Virus record (IMG/VR): IMGVR_UViG_3300031576_000019
Span: 1-64,000 of that record
DNA from: a virus
Strand: one strand, 5' to 3'
Length of the DNA stretch: 64,000 bases
Shown here piece after piece: positions 37,159 through 47,132 of this stretch (the first letter of the stretch is position 1; each line of letters begins with the position of its first letter). The notes beneath the pieces were generated by a model. It did not search any database. It was not told where the DNA came from and saw nothing but the letters and a program-made list of their open reading frames with translations. The position numbers were made by a program, and so were the translations under genes.

Positions 37159-38988
37159 ATGGCAAAGCCAGTAAAGCGCCCCTATACGGTAGTGGATTTA
37201 TTCTGTGGACACGGTGGTTTTACCCACGCGGCCGTACGGGCCATCAAGAAGCTGGGTGGTGTCATTGAACACTTCATCGCCGTCAATCATTGGGACGACG
37301 CCATTGCCACACATGAGGAGAATCACAAGTTCGCCACTCACTATCTCAGCAAGGTGCAGGAAGTCAAACCACGAGAGGCGGTCCCCTCGGGGCGGGTAGA
37401 CATTCTATTGGCGGGGCCAGAGTGTACCTTCCACAGTAACGCTGCAGGTGAGCGCCCGATCAACGACCAAAGCCGTATCATGGCTTGGGCGATCCTGGAT
37501 TGGCTAGAGAAGCTCTATATCAATTGCTTCATCATTGAAAACGTGCCAGAGTTTATGAAGTGGGGACCGCTGAATGCTGACCAGAGCCGCAACAAAAAGA
37601 TGCAGGGGGCAACCTTCCTGTCCTACATCACGGCGCTAGAAGCTTTGGGCTACAACGTCACCTACAAAGTCGCCAACTCGGCTGATTATGGGGGTGTCAC
37701 CACCCGCCAGCGCCTATTCATCATGGGCCGCAAGAAGCATCTGCCTTTCCCGCTTTTCCCCGAACCAACTCATATCTCGCGCAAGAAACTAACCAAAAAC
37801 AAATCGCAGTTCTCCATGGTTAGCATCAATCGGAAGCCCTGGCGGGCCGCGCGGGAAATCATTGACTGGGATGTGCCATCTTACTCTATCTTCATGTCCT
37901 CTGAAGATGCCCGAAAAGTTGGTGTGCGTCGGCCGCTGGCTCCGAATACCGTGCGTCGGGCCCTAACGGGTCTGTTTAAGTTTGGCCTGCCCGGAATCCA
38001 GATTGACGATATATCGGGCACGGTACAAAACCTCATGCCGTTCTTGGTGGGCGTAGGTGGGCCAACTGCTCAGCGCATCCCAAGCGATATTGACCTGCCC
38101 GTTCATACCTTACACGGCACTAACAATCTTGGCGGTTCTGAACCCTATCTGATAAAAATGTGCGGGTCGAACAATGCGGCCGACGCTAATCTCCCCTCTC
38201 CAACTATTACAGCCGATGGTAACCACATTGGCCTGGCCCAGCCCTTTCTCTTGGGCCAGCAAAGCGCCGCACGGCCTCGGCCCACTAGCCAGCCCATCCC
38301 GACGATTGCAACGGCTGGCGCCATCAGCCTGAGCCAGTCTGTGGTCATGTTTGACCGAGGCGGAGATGATAAATACTTTCGGGGAGCGCCCGATGATAGG
38401 CCATTAGGAACGCTGACCACTCAGATGGTTCCCAGCCTCATCACGCCCGAGGCCTGGATAGCGCAGGTGACTCATGCATGCGGCGACCGCATCTTCCCAC
38501 TCAATATCCCGCTTCTGACTTTTGCGGGTCATGGCGACATAGGGTTGTGTAATCCGTATGTCATGGCGACCGACCAAACACATAGCCGAAGTGTGTCGGT
38601 TTACTCGTTAGATGGACCTGTCCTGACCATCACAACCAAGAACCGTTTGGTGCTGGCGACACCCTTTATTGCCCAGTTCAATGGCACGTCCATTGGTGGG
38701 TCAATTGACCGGCCCGTTGGTTCGTTCACTACCCGTGACCGGTTTGGCCTGTGCTTCCCGGTTTTCAGCGGAGGCTATCTGCTGGTAGACATTCTTTTTC
38801 GTATGTTCCAACCACATGAAATGGCCATGGCAATGGGCCTGCCACGAAGCTACAAGTTTATGAGTGTTGGCATGGTCAAGGGCAAGCGGGTCGTGAAGAA
38901 AGCCAGCAAAAAGGATGCGACCAAAATGATTGGCAATGCGGTAGAAGGCCACGTTGGGTATCACCTGGTCCATAGCCTGCTCTCCTAA
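37159..38988 (+). CDS. DNA cytosine-5 methyltransferase
   Basis: DLFCGHGG, AGPECT, IENVPEF, RQRLFI, IGNAV; long repeated variable region. Confidence 0.9.
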   Translation: MAKPVKRPYTVVDLFCGHGGFTHAAVRAIKKLGGVIEHFIAVNHWDDAIATHEENHKFATHYLSKVQEVKPREAVPSGRVDILLAGPECTFHSNAAGERPINDQSRIMAWAILDWLEKLYINCFIIENVPEFMKWGPLNADQSRNKKMQGATFLSYITALEALGYNVTYKVANSADYGGVTTRQRLFIMGRKKHLPFPLFPEPTHISRKKLTKNKSQFSMVSINRKPWRAAREIIDWDVPSYSIFMSSEDARKVGVRRPLAPNTVRRALTGLFKFGLPGIQIDDISGTVQNLMPFLVGVGGPTAQRIPSDIDLPVHTLHGTNNLGGSEPYLIKMCGSNNAADANLPSPTITADGNHIGLAQPFLLGQQSAARPRPTSQPIPTIATAGAISLSQSVVMFDRGGDDKYFRGAPDDRPLGTLTTQMVPSLITPEAWIAQVTHACGDRIFPLNIPLLTFAGHGDIGLCNPYVMATDQTHSRSVSVYSLDGPVLTITTKNRLVLATPFIAQFNGTSIGGSIDRPVGSFTTRDRFGLCFPVFSGGYLLVDILFRMFQPHEMAMAMGLPRSYKFMSVGMVKGKRVVKKASKKDATKMIGNAVEGHVGYHLVHSLLS

Positions 38989-38997
38989 AGAAACATC

Positions 38998-39392
38998 ATG
39001 GCACAAGCTGGACTATTCGACACCTAATTCCAACAGCAGGATGCGATTGACCAAGACAAGGCTGACCGCTCCATTCGGGAGGCGCACAAGAAGTCTTGGA
39101 AGTCGTCTTGGGAATGGAACGGACCAAGTGCGGACGACTGGATTCAGTTTGACTGTGTTCGGGCCATCTCGATGGACGATGGCGAAAGCCACTTTGTCTA
39201 TATGGCTCTGGCTTTCGTTATTGAGTATGACCCCGAGAGCGAAATATCCATTGTGGAATACTGGGGCGCGCCCCTCATCCTCTTAATGGACACAGGTTTA
39301 TGCTTCTCCCAGAAGACATTTGGCCCCACGTCAAACTGATGCGTGGGGAAATCACGATTGAACAACTTGAAAAGATGAAGGTGAAACCATGA
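38998..39392 (+). pseudogene. Gene with early TAA and a frameshift
   Basis: TAA at 39025; the frame shifts near 39265 into one ending at a TGA overlapping ATG 39389. Confidence 0.45.
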
Positions 39393-39694
39393 GCGATACC
39401 ATGAACTGGCCCCTAAAAGAAGGTTGGGTTTGTGAAGTCTGCGGGGAATTCCATGGGCTGACCTGCATGTCTACCCACGCTTACTGTTATTGTAATCACT
39501 GTCATGTTCAATACTGGATGCGTGACTATGAAAATCTCCAATCTGTCGTGGACACACCTCTCCTGGACGTGGAGACGGGCTGGATCAATGCAGTTAAGGA
39601 GGGCTGGAAAGCGTGGCATCGCGCCATAGACGATTGGACCGAGGCCGATTGGGACAAGGCAAAAAGGTTGGCGAGTGTTGAGGAGCATCTATGA
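39389..39694 (+). CDS. Hypothetical zinc-binding protein
   Basis: CEVC...CNHC. Confidence 0.6.
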   Translation: MSDTMNWPLKEGWVCEVCGEFHGLTCMSTHAYCYCNHCHVQYWMRDYENLQSVVDTPLLDVETGWINAVKEGWKAWHRAIDDWTEADWDKAKRLASVEEHL

Positions 39695-40026
39695 ACACTA
39701 CCGCTTATCTTATCAACCGTGATGTGGCCATTGAACTCTACGATATTGGTCATCCCGCCATCCCTGGTGAGCGCGAATACCCACTTGAATTCTACCGGGT
39801 TATCTTTGAATTCGTCTCGGTTGACAACTGGGAAGATGTTGCTGGTTGCCTGAATGACTGGCGTGACCGCACTACGGATGCTATTGCTGAACACACCCAT
39901 CTGCAAGACTGGGAATATCACGACTTCTCTGGTGCAAACTTAGTCTTCTTCGGCCCTGACCAAAAGCACACCATGATCGGTGGCTTTTCCATCGATGTCG
40001 AAATTCAAGGAACGAGCCCACTATGA
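39691..40026 (+). CDS. Hypothetical protein
   Basis: 111 aa, coupled both sides. Confidence 0.6.
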   Translation: MNTTAYLINRDVAIELYDIGHPAIPGEREYPLEFYRVIFEFVSVDNWEDVAGCLNDWRDRTTDAIAEHTHLQDWEYHDFSGANLVFFGPDQKHTMIGGFSIDVEIQGTSPL

Positions 40027-40412
40027 ACAACATCGAACTCAATCAACCGACCCAAAAGTTTATAAATTGGACAGACGAAATGCCCTTTTTTGTTATCTCC
40101 GACATCCTAAACGCGCGCCGCCGAGATGACCATCCATGGATGCGCTGTGGTCTGTGTGGCCACACTTTTGAAGCAGGTGATTGGGCACGGTAGCGTTTTG
40201 GAAATCCCAATATTTTTGTGTGTGCGGCCTGTGACTGTCCCAAAGATGAGATGCTGGCGAAGCAGGAGATACTCCGTGACCTTGTGCACCGTCTCTTTTG
40301 GGATTATTTGGCCAATAATGATAGTGGGTATCCGTCTCTTGATTTGAATTATCACTGGAACAAAGGCCAGATCGTCCGACCCTATTATCGCAATCCGAGA
40401 ATAGGAAAATGA
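40023..40412 (+). pseudogene. Zn-finger-like gene with in-frame TAG
   Basis: CGLC...TAG 40191-40193...CAAC; both ends ATGA-coupled. Confidence 0.6.
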
Positions 40413-41179
40413 GCAACCGCTTCTATCTCCATCCCAACGGACACTATGTCCCATCCGTCACGACCATCACCTCCATCTTGGCCAAGCCAAGCCTGGAACG
40501 TTGGAAACAAGAACAAGTCATCGAGGCCGCTTTTGCCCTTGGTCCCGTCAGCGCCGACATGATTCTGGATACCGCCGCCCAGAAGAGTCGGGAAGCCACC
40601 GAATTTGGGACCCAGATACATGAGGCCTTGGCCCTCCTGCATCAGAATCTGCCTTGGTGGAATCACCCTGTTTGTGACGACCCGCGTGCTATTCCGATGC
40701 TGTTAACCTATAGAGATACTTTTCTCGTTCCATCCACCGTAGTGGATGGGCACAGACAAGTCGAACAACCTGTCTTCGGTATGACACCCAATGGTTTGGG
40801 CTACGCTGGCACGCCCGACCTGGTGTGTTACCTTCTTCCCGGCGCCATTATCAAGCGCACCCCTAAGGGCAGGAACATCCAAACCCATTGTCCTCCGCTC
40901 CTGGCCTATGCCATCATTGATGTCAAAACCTCCGATGCCATCTGGCCCGACTATGGCCTCCAACTTGGAGGCTATGGAAGCATGTGCTCTATGCCTCCCA
41001 CTTATCTTCTGTCTGTGCGGATGGACAAAAGCAGCTCTACTGATCTGGAGATAATATCTTGGCCAGTGAACGAAGCGATCCAGGCCTTTCTCAACTTGGT
41101 GCAACTCTGGTATTGGCTCAATCCTAAGGCCTGCGAGAGACAGACCAGGAGAATAGCAGACAGTACCATCAGAGCATGA
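40409..41179 (+). CDS. PD-(D/E)XK exonuclease-like protein
   Basis: PSVTTI, GTQIH, YAGTPD, IIDVKTS, LQLGGY. Confidence 0.85.
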   Translation: MSNRFYLHPNGHYVPSVTTITSILAKPSLERWKQEQVIEAAFALGPVSADMILDTAAQKSREATEFGTQIHEALALLHQNLPWWNHPVCDDPRAIPMLLTYRDTFLVPSTVVDGHRQVEQPVFGMTPNGLGYAGTPDLVCYLLPGAIIKRTPKGRNIQTHCPPLLAYAIIDVKTSDAIWPDYGLQLGGYGSMCSMPPTYLLSVRMDKSSSTDLEIISWPVNEAIQAFLNLVQLWYWLNPKACERQTRRIADSTIRA

Positions 41180-41267
41180 GATTAGAACGCTTGTTTCATA
41201 GACAATTATTCACATTCCCCTATAATGATTGGAAACCCGTAAGAAAGAATCATCATAGGAGATATAA

Positions 41268-41555
41268 ATGCTTGACACACTGGAAGATGTCAAACCTCGC
41301 AACCGCCGCGCCCTGATGATTATTGTAGACTACTGGGAAAAGAACCGGATGGGCATGACTAACCCAGAGCTCAAAGACGCACTCAATACCGTCTACGCAG
41401 AAGGCTTGGTCAGCACCCAACAAACCCATCGGATTGTGGTAGACTTGCGAAATAATCAGCTTCTGGGCGACAACCCCAGTGTTCATCGAAGCATCATCCC
41501 CACCGAACAAGCTGTCCGCCTGACCAAACGCTGGAAACGCAAAGCCTCCGTGTGA
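41268..41555 (+). CDS. LexA-like winged-HTH protein lacking the peptidase domain (candidate repressor)
   Basis: PRNRRALMIIVDYWEKN..T.PELKDAL..S..THRIVVDL..QLL..P..HRSI parallels the LexA N-terminal domain; own TATAAT promoter and terminator. Confidence 0.65.
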   Translation: MLDTLEDVKPRNRRALMIIVDYWEKNRMGMTNPELKDALNTVYAEGLVSTQQTHRIVVDLRNNQLLGDNPSVHRSIIPTEQAVRLTKRWKRKASV

Positions 41556-41568
41556 GGGGGCTTTTTTT
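41541..41568 (+). terminator. Intrinsic terminator after LexA-like gene
   Basis: AAAGCCTCC-gtgtga-GGGGGCTTT followed by T-run. Confidence 0.65.
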
Positions 41569-41597
41569 ATCCTCTCCTATGTGAAAGATTATTCACG

Positions 41598-42242
41598 ATG
41601 GCAACCGAGCGTGACCTCCAACACCAAATCAAACGCACCTTCGAGGCCCTGGGCGGGCGGGCCCGGAAACGGAATGACCTGGGCCATATGTTGCGCGCCC
41701 TGGGAAAAGCCAAGGCCGGCGCGGCACCCTCCGGCGAGCCCGACTACACGGCCACTCTGGACGGTCTGGCCTTTTATATCGAGGCCAAGGACTCCGACAG
41801 CGGAAGCGCCGGCCTCCGCTACTCGTTCAAGGAGCTCACGCCCGAACAGCGTGTCTTCCTACACCACTACGAAACATATTCATATCTCTGGCTGTGGATG
41901 GGCCAGCGCATCAATAGCGCCGAATATCCTCTTAGGGCTTGGCTAATTCCTTGGCCAAAATACTATGCGGTTGAGGTAGAGTTCCGGGAGGCCGGTCTGT
42001 TAAGCATGGCCTATCTACACCCCAAAGAACTCAAACATCGGGAGCAAGGATTATCGGCGGTAAATAAACTTGGTTCCTATGAGCTTATCTGGTTCGGTGA
42101 CGGCATCTGGCGCATTCCACCTCTACATGAACTTTGGCGCCGTTCCGCCGCGCTCCACTATCGTGAGCCCGAACGGGGCCTGGAAAGCGAAGTTCATATT
42201 CGCCGTGTTCCCTCCAAGTTGGAGGAAGTCCATGTCGGATGA
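41598..42242 (+). CDS. RecU/VRR-NUC-like Holliday junction resolvase
   Basis: PDY...FYIEAKD...LTPEQRVFL. Confidence 0.65.
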   Translation: MATERDLQHQIKRTFEALGGRARKRNDLGHMLRALGKAKAGAAPSGEPDYTATLDGLAFYIEAKDSDSGSAGLRYSFKELTPEQRVFLHHYETYSYLWLWMGQRINSAEYPLRAWLIPWPKYYAVEVEFREAGLLSMAYLHPKELKHREQGLSAVNKLGSYELIWFGDGIWRIPPLHELWRRSAALHYREPERGLESEVHIRRVPSKLEEVHVG

Positions 42243-42966
42243 AGCCGTCGGTCTCTATGAACAAATCCGTCAGGCCGCCAAGGCCGAGGTCTACGCCCGC
42301 TACCCCAGCGCCACCGAAACCGAGTGCGACGAGAGTATCCATCGCCAGGCCGAAGTGCTATTCGAGACTTTCAAGCGCACTGCCAGCCTCCGCACACTCG
42401 CCGACCGCTCCCTGCGCTGGCAGGCCGTTCACATCGCCGCCTCCGGTCTATGGGCCTACACCCCAGGCGAATATGCTTCCCCCGAGGAGTTCATCTCCGA
42501 GGCCCTCGCCGCTGTCTGGGGCGATGAGCCCCAAGAGAGTTCTACCTATCACGACCTGATGAGCACAGTTAAGATTGTTCAATACGCTAAAGCCGAAGGC
42601 ATTGAGGGCGTAGACGCCCTGTGGACCGACAACCGAGTAGGCAACACCCGCGTCGCCATCCCATATCTCAATGCCTTGATGCAACAGTCCGAAGCCCACG
42701 CTCAGTTCCAACAGACTGTTCGAGATGTCCTCGCGCTCAATCACGCCGACTTTCGAGAAAAGTACCCCACCTCGCCTCGCTCCGGTCTGCCCGTCATGCC
42801 CGGTTGGAAATATGTTTTGCCCGACGGCCGCTGGTACCTTGTCGTAGAGGGCCAGTCCGAAGTACAGTATCAGTTTGCGCTCCGGGCCCTGGGCAACAAG
42901 CTCTCTGAGCATCATGGTACAGGTCAGGAAGAGTTTCTTTTCGCGCTTCAACGGAGGAAGATATGA
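42232..42966 (+). CDS. Hypothetical protein
   Basis: RBS from the palindrome at 42211; 244 aa. Confidence 0.65.
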   Translation: MSDEAVGLYEQIRQAAKAEVYARYPSATETECDESIHRQAEVLFETFKRTASLRTLADRSLRWQAVHIAASGLWAYTPGEYASPEEFISEALAAVWGDEPQESSTYHDLMSTVKIVQYAKAEGIEGVDALWTDNRVGNTRVAIPYLNALMQQSEAHAQFQQTVRDVLALNHADFREKYPTSPRSGLPVMPGWKYVLPDGRWYLVVEGQSEVQYQFALRALGNKLSEHHGTGQEEFLFALQRRKI

Positions 42967-43242
42967 ATCAGACCCACGCCTTTGCACTTGCAGATGACGC
43001 TCAGAACCTTGTCATTCAATCACTTCGGCTGGGAGTCATTGCCAGTTTGCCCCAGGCCATAGATATATTTCGGGAGGCCATACAGTCTTACCCCCCTGAC
43101 TGTCCACCGCCTGACCATGACTGGCCTGCAATTTGGGAGGGCCAAGCGTTACTCGTTGACCTGATTTATCAAGGCTTCACAAGCGCATAAACTGCGCGAG
43201 CTCTGTCTCCTCCAGGTTGGAGGAAAGACCGAGCCGCCCGGT

Positions 43243-43273
43243 GTGAATAATCTTTCACAACCTGTGGTATAAT
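43243..43273 (+). promoter_or_regulatory. Operator plus consensus extended -10 promoter of the replication operon
   Basis: GTGAATAATCTTTCAC-aacctgTGG-TATAAT. Confidence 0.75.
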
Positions 43274-43289
43274 CCTTTTACAAACGCCG

Positions 43290-43426
43290 TTTGGCAGCGG
43301 CCATGAGTGACACAGGACCCCCAAAGACCTCTCGCATGGTCTGTTGGTTTGTTAGGCCACCCCACTTGTCCTGTGTGGGGCTGCCAAATAGGCCGACAGC
43401 TAATAGACCAGCCGAGAGGTCTTTGG
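43290..43426 (+). ncRNA. Pseudoknotted leader RNA (c4-antisense-like architecture)
   Basis: 14-bp stem CCAAAGACCTCTCG/CGAGAGGTCTTTGG extended inward; loop complementary to two upstream 9-mers. Confidence 0.65.
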
Positions 43427-43442
43427 TTTAGAAGGAGAGAAT

Positions 43443-44066
43443 ATGTTTTCTTTTAGAGTAGAAGCCAGAGGGGTTCCGTTCTCAATTTGGTACCCCGAGG
43501 GGATTATGGTTGACCCAGACCAGATTGATCCAAGTAATTCTAAGCATATACAGGCTCTCGCCGAGATAATTGTCTACTACAAGAAAAACAAGGCGGGTTT
43601 CAACCTAGAATCTATGATGGGGTGTGGGGACGAGTTCTACTATTTTGGTAGCCCAGAACAAATGAAGGATGTGACAGAACTTTATGAAACCGTTGTGCGC
43701 GAAGGATGCGATATAAGCACAGATGCTCTAGCGCAGGCAAAGAAGATAAGGGATGTTTACTATGGCTTCACTCCCAAACCCGTAAGGCCCCCCAAGGCTA
43801 GGCCAGAAAAGTCGAGACACGGTTTTGTGTACTTGCTTAGGTCGGACACTGGATATTGGAAGATTGGCCGAACGGTCAACCCCGCCAGTCGCGAAAAAAC
43901 ATTTGGTGTGAAACTCCCCTTCGTTGTTCGGTTTGAGCATCTAATTGAAACCAATGACATGATCGCTCTTGAGCTTCGCTTACACAACCACTTCTCCAAA
44001 AAGCGTGTAGATGGCGAGTGGTTTGATCTATCCTCCGAAGACACAGCCTACATCAAGAGCCTATAA
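43443..44066 (+). CDS. GIY-YIG / T5orf172-domain protein
   Basis: GFVYLL..YWKIGRT..LELRLHNHFSKKRVDGEWF. Confidence 0.85.
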   Translation: MFSFRVEARGVPFSIWYPEGIMVDPDQIDPSNSKHIQALAEIIVYYKKNKAGFNLESMMGCGDEFYYFGSPEQMKDVTELYETVVREGCDISTDALAQAKKIRDVYYGFTPKPVRPPKARPEKSRHGFVYLLRSDTGYWKIGRTVNPASREKTFGVKLPFVVRFEHLIETNDMIALELRLHNHFSKKRVDGEWFDLSSEDTAYIKSL

Positions 44067-44070
44067 GCCC

Positions 44071-45072
44071 ATGAGCATTTCACTCCTCGCAAAAGTTTTC
44101 TACATTGATCCAAAGACCTGCGATCAACCAGAGAAGTGTGTTCTCTCGGCCCTGGCTGACCATGCCAACGATGAGGGTTACTCTGTCTGGCCTAGCAATG
44201 CGCGGCTGGCCTGGAAATCCTCAATGAGCGTGCGTGGTATTCAAAAGGTGATTGACCGACTGATCGAGAAGAAGTTTGTAGAGATTGTCAGAGAGGCAAA
44301 TAATGGGCGAACAACTAACGAATATCGTCTTGTGGTTGAAGAAATTGAGGCGGTTTCGGCCAATCATAAGGATAGGTTTTTTGATGGGCCAGATGGTCTT
44401 ACCCACGAACCCCGTTCAGGGGCACCCCTGAACCCCGTTCATCCCACCCCTGAACCCCGTTCACCCGAACCATCATATAAGCCATCAAAAGAAACACCAG
44501 AAACGGAGAATGACAAAACCGGTCATTCTCCGGCTTCACATAATCTTTCACATCTGAGGCCACAGATAATGGAGGTTCCAAGCCATCTCAAGGTAAAAGA
44601 AAAGATGACCTATACAGGTCGATGCGATCAGTGTGAACAAATAATCACACAGTCTGATTTGGCCTGCCCGGGGCAAGGCTGTGGGCGTCCAGTTCAATGG
44701 ATTGGGGGTCGGACGAAGAAAGAGACGGGTAGGGTCACAAAACCCGCCTACGGCCCGCTCAGCGCGTTTACGCTCAAAGTGCTCAAGTTTGCCCAGGGGA
44801 CCGTAGACTACAAGTTTGACTGGCCGTCTCCGATGAAGGGCCAAACTTCCTCCAACTTGGAGGGACGCTTCCTATCCTTTGAACAAAGCCTGGGTGAGGC
44901 GAAAGTTATGTCAATTATCGAAAAGTGTGGGCAGGTCGGAGATAAGGGACTGGGACTCCTCAAGCACGCTATCAACTGCCTGGCGACCAATTCCGACCCG
45001 ACCGCCAGGGGCCAACGGCCAGTTGCTTCGCAGAGTCTTGAAACGAAAGGAGAAATAGATTGGGACGCTTAG
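44071..45072 (+). CDS. Replication initiator-like protein (N-terminal HTH)
   Basis: EKCVLSALADHANDEGYSVWPSNARLAWKSSMSVRGIQ..NEYRL; directly upstream of helicase. Confidence 0.8.
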   Translation: MSISLLAKVFYIDPKTCDQPEKCVLSALADHANDEGYSVWPSNARLAWKSSMSVRGIQKVIDRLIEKKFVEIVREANNGRTTNEYRLVVEEIEAVSANHKDRFFDGPDGLTHEPRSGAPLNPVHPTPEPRSPEPSYKPSKETPETENDKTGHSPASHNLSHLRPQIMEVPSHLKVKEKMTYTGRCDQCEQIITQSDLACPGQGCGRPVQWIGGRTKKETGRVTKPAYGPLSAFTLKVLKFAQGTVDYKFDWPSPMKGQTSSNLEGRFLSFEQSLGEAKVMSIIEKCGQVGDKGLGLLKHAINCLATNSDPTARGQRPVASQSLETKGEIDWDA

Positions 45073-46049
45073 TGCAATCCGCCGATTTGACGTATCTCAC
45101 TCCTGACACCCTTACGGCCGGGCTGGATTACATTGATTATATCCAGAAGAACCAAGGCCGCGCCATCGAGTTACCTATTGCCTCTCCGCTCGTTCAGGAT
45201 TACTGCCCACCCGTCATTCCTGGCCATATCATGCTGGTTGTGGCCCAAAGTCATAATGGCAAGACGGAGTTTCTGGAAGCTCTGGCAAAGCATAATGCCC
45301 TGCGCGCCGCCAAGCATAACCCCAAGGCCGTAGTAGCCTTTGTACATCTTGAGGAAAACATTCAGGATGCCAGCCTCAAGCAAATCTCACGGCTGTCTGG
45401 CGTGCCCATGGGAAAGTTGGCCCGCGGCGAAGTCAATCTTGCCGACCTGCGCCTCAATCCAGAACTCAACAAAATCAACGATGCTCCTATCGCTCGGATT
45501 GCCGTCAGCATGAGAACGGGCGACAGCCAGTACACCGCCAAGCGATTATATCGCCCTGAAATCCATCGCCAGTTGAAGGCACTCGAAAGCGAGGGTTGGG
45601 AGATCGTCCTGCTTATTGTGGACTATCTCACCGCTCTGCCGACCGACGCCAAGGATGACGAGGAGCGGCGCCTGAAGGTGCGTGAGGATTTATACGAGTT
45701 CCGAGACTGGGGGAATGCCATGCGCTTTCCAGTAGCCTCTGGTAGCCAAGCCAAGCAGAAGCTAGAAGGCGCTCCTGCACCAGGCATTATGCTTCCCGGT
45801 CTTTATGACATTACTGAGAGTAAAGATGTGGCCGAACGATCCGATAGAGTCTATACCTTCTGGATGCCCAAGACCACAAACTTGCTTGGCAAGACTTTTG
45901 ACTTTGGTAAACACACTTTGCGTGTGACCAACGACCTCATTCTCATGCGCGTGTGCAAGCAAAAGGGTGGCTTGCAATCTGGACGTATCTTTATTTGTCG
46001 GTGGAATTATGCTACTGGCACCATTGAGCTTCATCCCGAATACAACTAG
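45060..46049 (+). CDS. DnaB-like replicative helicase
   Basis: Walker A AQSHNGKT, LEE, IVDYL, SQ, ESKDVAERSD. Confidence 0.75.
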   Translation: MGRLVQSADLTYLTPDTLTAGLDYIDYIQKNQGRAIELPIASPLVQDYCPPVIPGHIMLVVAQSHNGKTEFLEALAKHNALRAAKHNPKAVVAFVHLEENIQDASLKQISRLSGVPMGKLARGEVNLADLRLNPELNKINDAPIARIAVSMRTGDSQYTAKRLYRPEIHRQLKALESEGWEIVLLIVDYLTALPTDAKDDEERRLKVREDLYEFRDWGNAMRFPVASGSQAKQKLEGAPAPGIMLPGLYDITESKDVAERSDRVYTFWMPKTTNLLGKTFDFGKHTLRVTNDLILMRVCKQKGGLQSGRIFICRWNYATGTIELHPEYN

Positions 46050-46052
46050 CCT

Positions 46053-47078
46053 ATGGACAAACTCTCGCAAGCCCACATAGGCCAGGCCAAGAGCGCCGAC
46101 GTTTTGTCATTGGCCAGTCAAATGACCAAGCTCAAGAAGAAGTCCAACTCGCCTCATTTTGGTGAGGAATGGAAGGGGCCTTGCCCTCGCTGTGGTGGCG
46201 AGGACCGGTTTGCGGTTCGGACAGGTATCAACCGTTGGGCTTGTCGCCAGTGTACTGGCATCAACAAGGATTGCTGGTTTGACGCTATTGCCTTGATTTG
46301 GTTCATTGAGACTTGGCAAACACGGCCACAGGGTAAAGACTTTATCTGGTGTGTCAACTCTATCCTCGACAAGAAACTGCCTACCGCTCCAACACCTGAA
46401 CCTGAAGACTCGGCTGGCCGACAAGAAGCCTTGGCCCGCTTTACCAACACTGAGCTCTGGCAGGAACTTCACCGGCGCATGACCCAAGAGAACAGGGATT
46501 GGTGGACGGCGCGCGGCGTGCCGCCCGTCTGGCAGGATAAGTTCACCCTTGGCTTCACGCCCGACTGGACCGTGCAATATCACGAGAAACCGTATCATAC
46601 ACCCGCTTACTCAATCCCATATCGAAGCCTCGAAAACAAAGTTCACAATCTACAATTCCGACTCACCAACCCACCCGCGCCTGGTGACAGGTATCGTTGG
46701 ATAGGAAAACTTGGCGCCTCGTTTTTTGTTGGCCAGCCCGAGATGGGCCTGACCGAAGAAGTCTTTATCGCCGAGGGCGCTATCAAGGCGATGGTCTTCA
46801 TCAGCGAGTTTGTACAGGGCCAGCAGGTGCTCGCTACGCCTACCAATGGTTCCTGGGCTGGCATGCCCGACGCCATCAAGGGCAGGGTCAAGCGGGCTTG
46901 GATTATCCTTGACCCCGACAGCAACCATCGCGCCCACGGCTTAGGTAATGAGATTGGTCGGGATGTAGCCCGCATCATCACTCTGCCTGCCAAGCTGGAC
47001 GATCTGATCTTGCACGGCATGGAATATAGGGACTTTGACCGGATGCGCTATTTTGCCCGCCCGCCCCGTTTGATATGA
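46053..47078 (+). CDS. Primase-like protein (Zn-binding plus TOPRIM)
   Basis: GPCPRCGGEDRF, WACRQC, IAEGAIKA, ILDPD. Confidence 0.75.
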   Translation: MDKLSQAHIGQAKSADVLSLASQMTKLKKKSNSPHFGEEWKGPCPRCGGEDRFAVRTGINRWACRQCTGINKDCWFDAIALIWFIETWQTRPQGKDFIWCVNSILDKKLPTAPTPEPEDSAGRQEALARFTNTELWQELHRRMTQENRDWWTARGVPPVWQDKFTLGFTPDWTVQYHEKPYHTPAYSIPYRSLENKVHNLQFRLTNPPAPGDRYRWIGKLGASFFVGQPEMGLTEEVFIAEGAIKAMVFISEFVQGQQVLATPTNGSWAGMPDAIKGRVKRAWIILDPDSNHRAHGLGNEIGRDVARIITLPAKLDDLILHGMEYRDFDRMRYFARPPRLI

Positions 47079-47120
47079 ATAATGGTTCACTTTTGAGGTA
47101 CAATCCCTCCAAGTTGGAGG
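47075..47120 (+). promoter_or_regulatory. Operator plus -10 followed by the 15-bp palindrome
   Basis: ATGAATAATGGTTCAC-ttttgagg-TACAAT-c-CCTCCAAGTTGGAGG. Confidence 0.6.
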
Positions 47121-47132
47121 AGAGACCAAGAC

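Noticed and set aside
15915-40412. Stop-codon reassignment
   Set aside because: Interruptions use all three stop codons, long genes read normally in code 11, and no suppressor tRNA is seen
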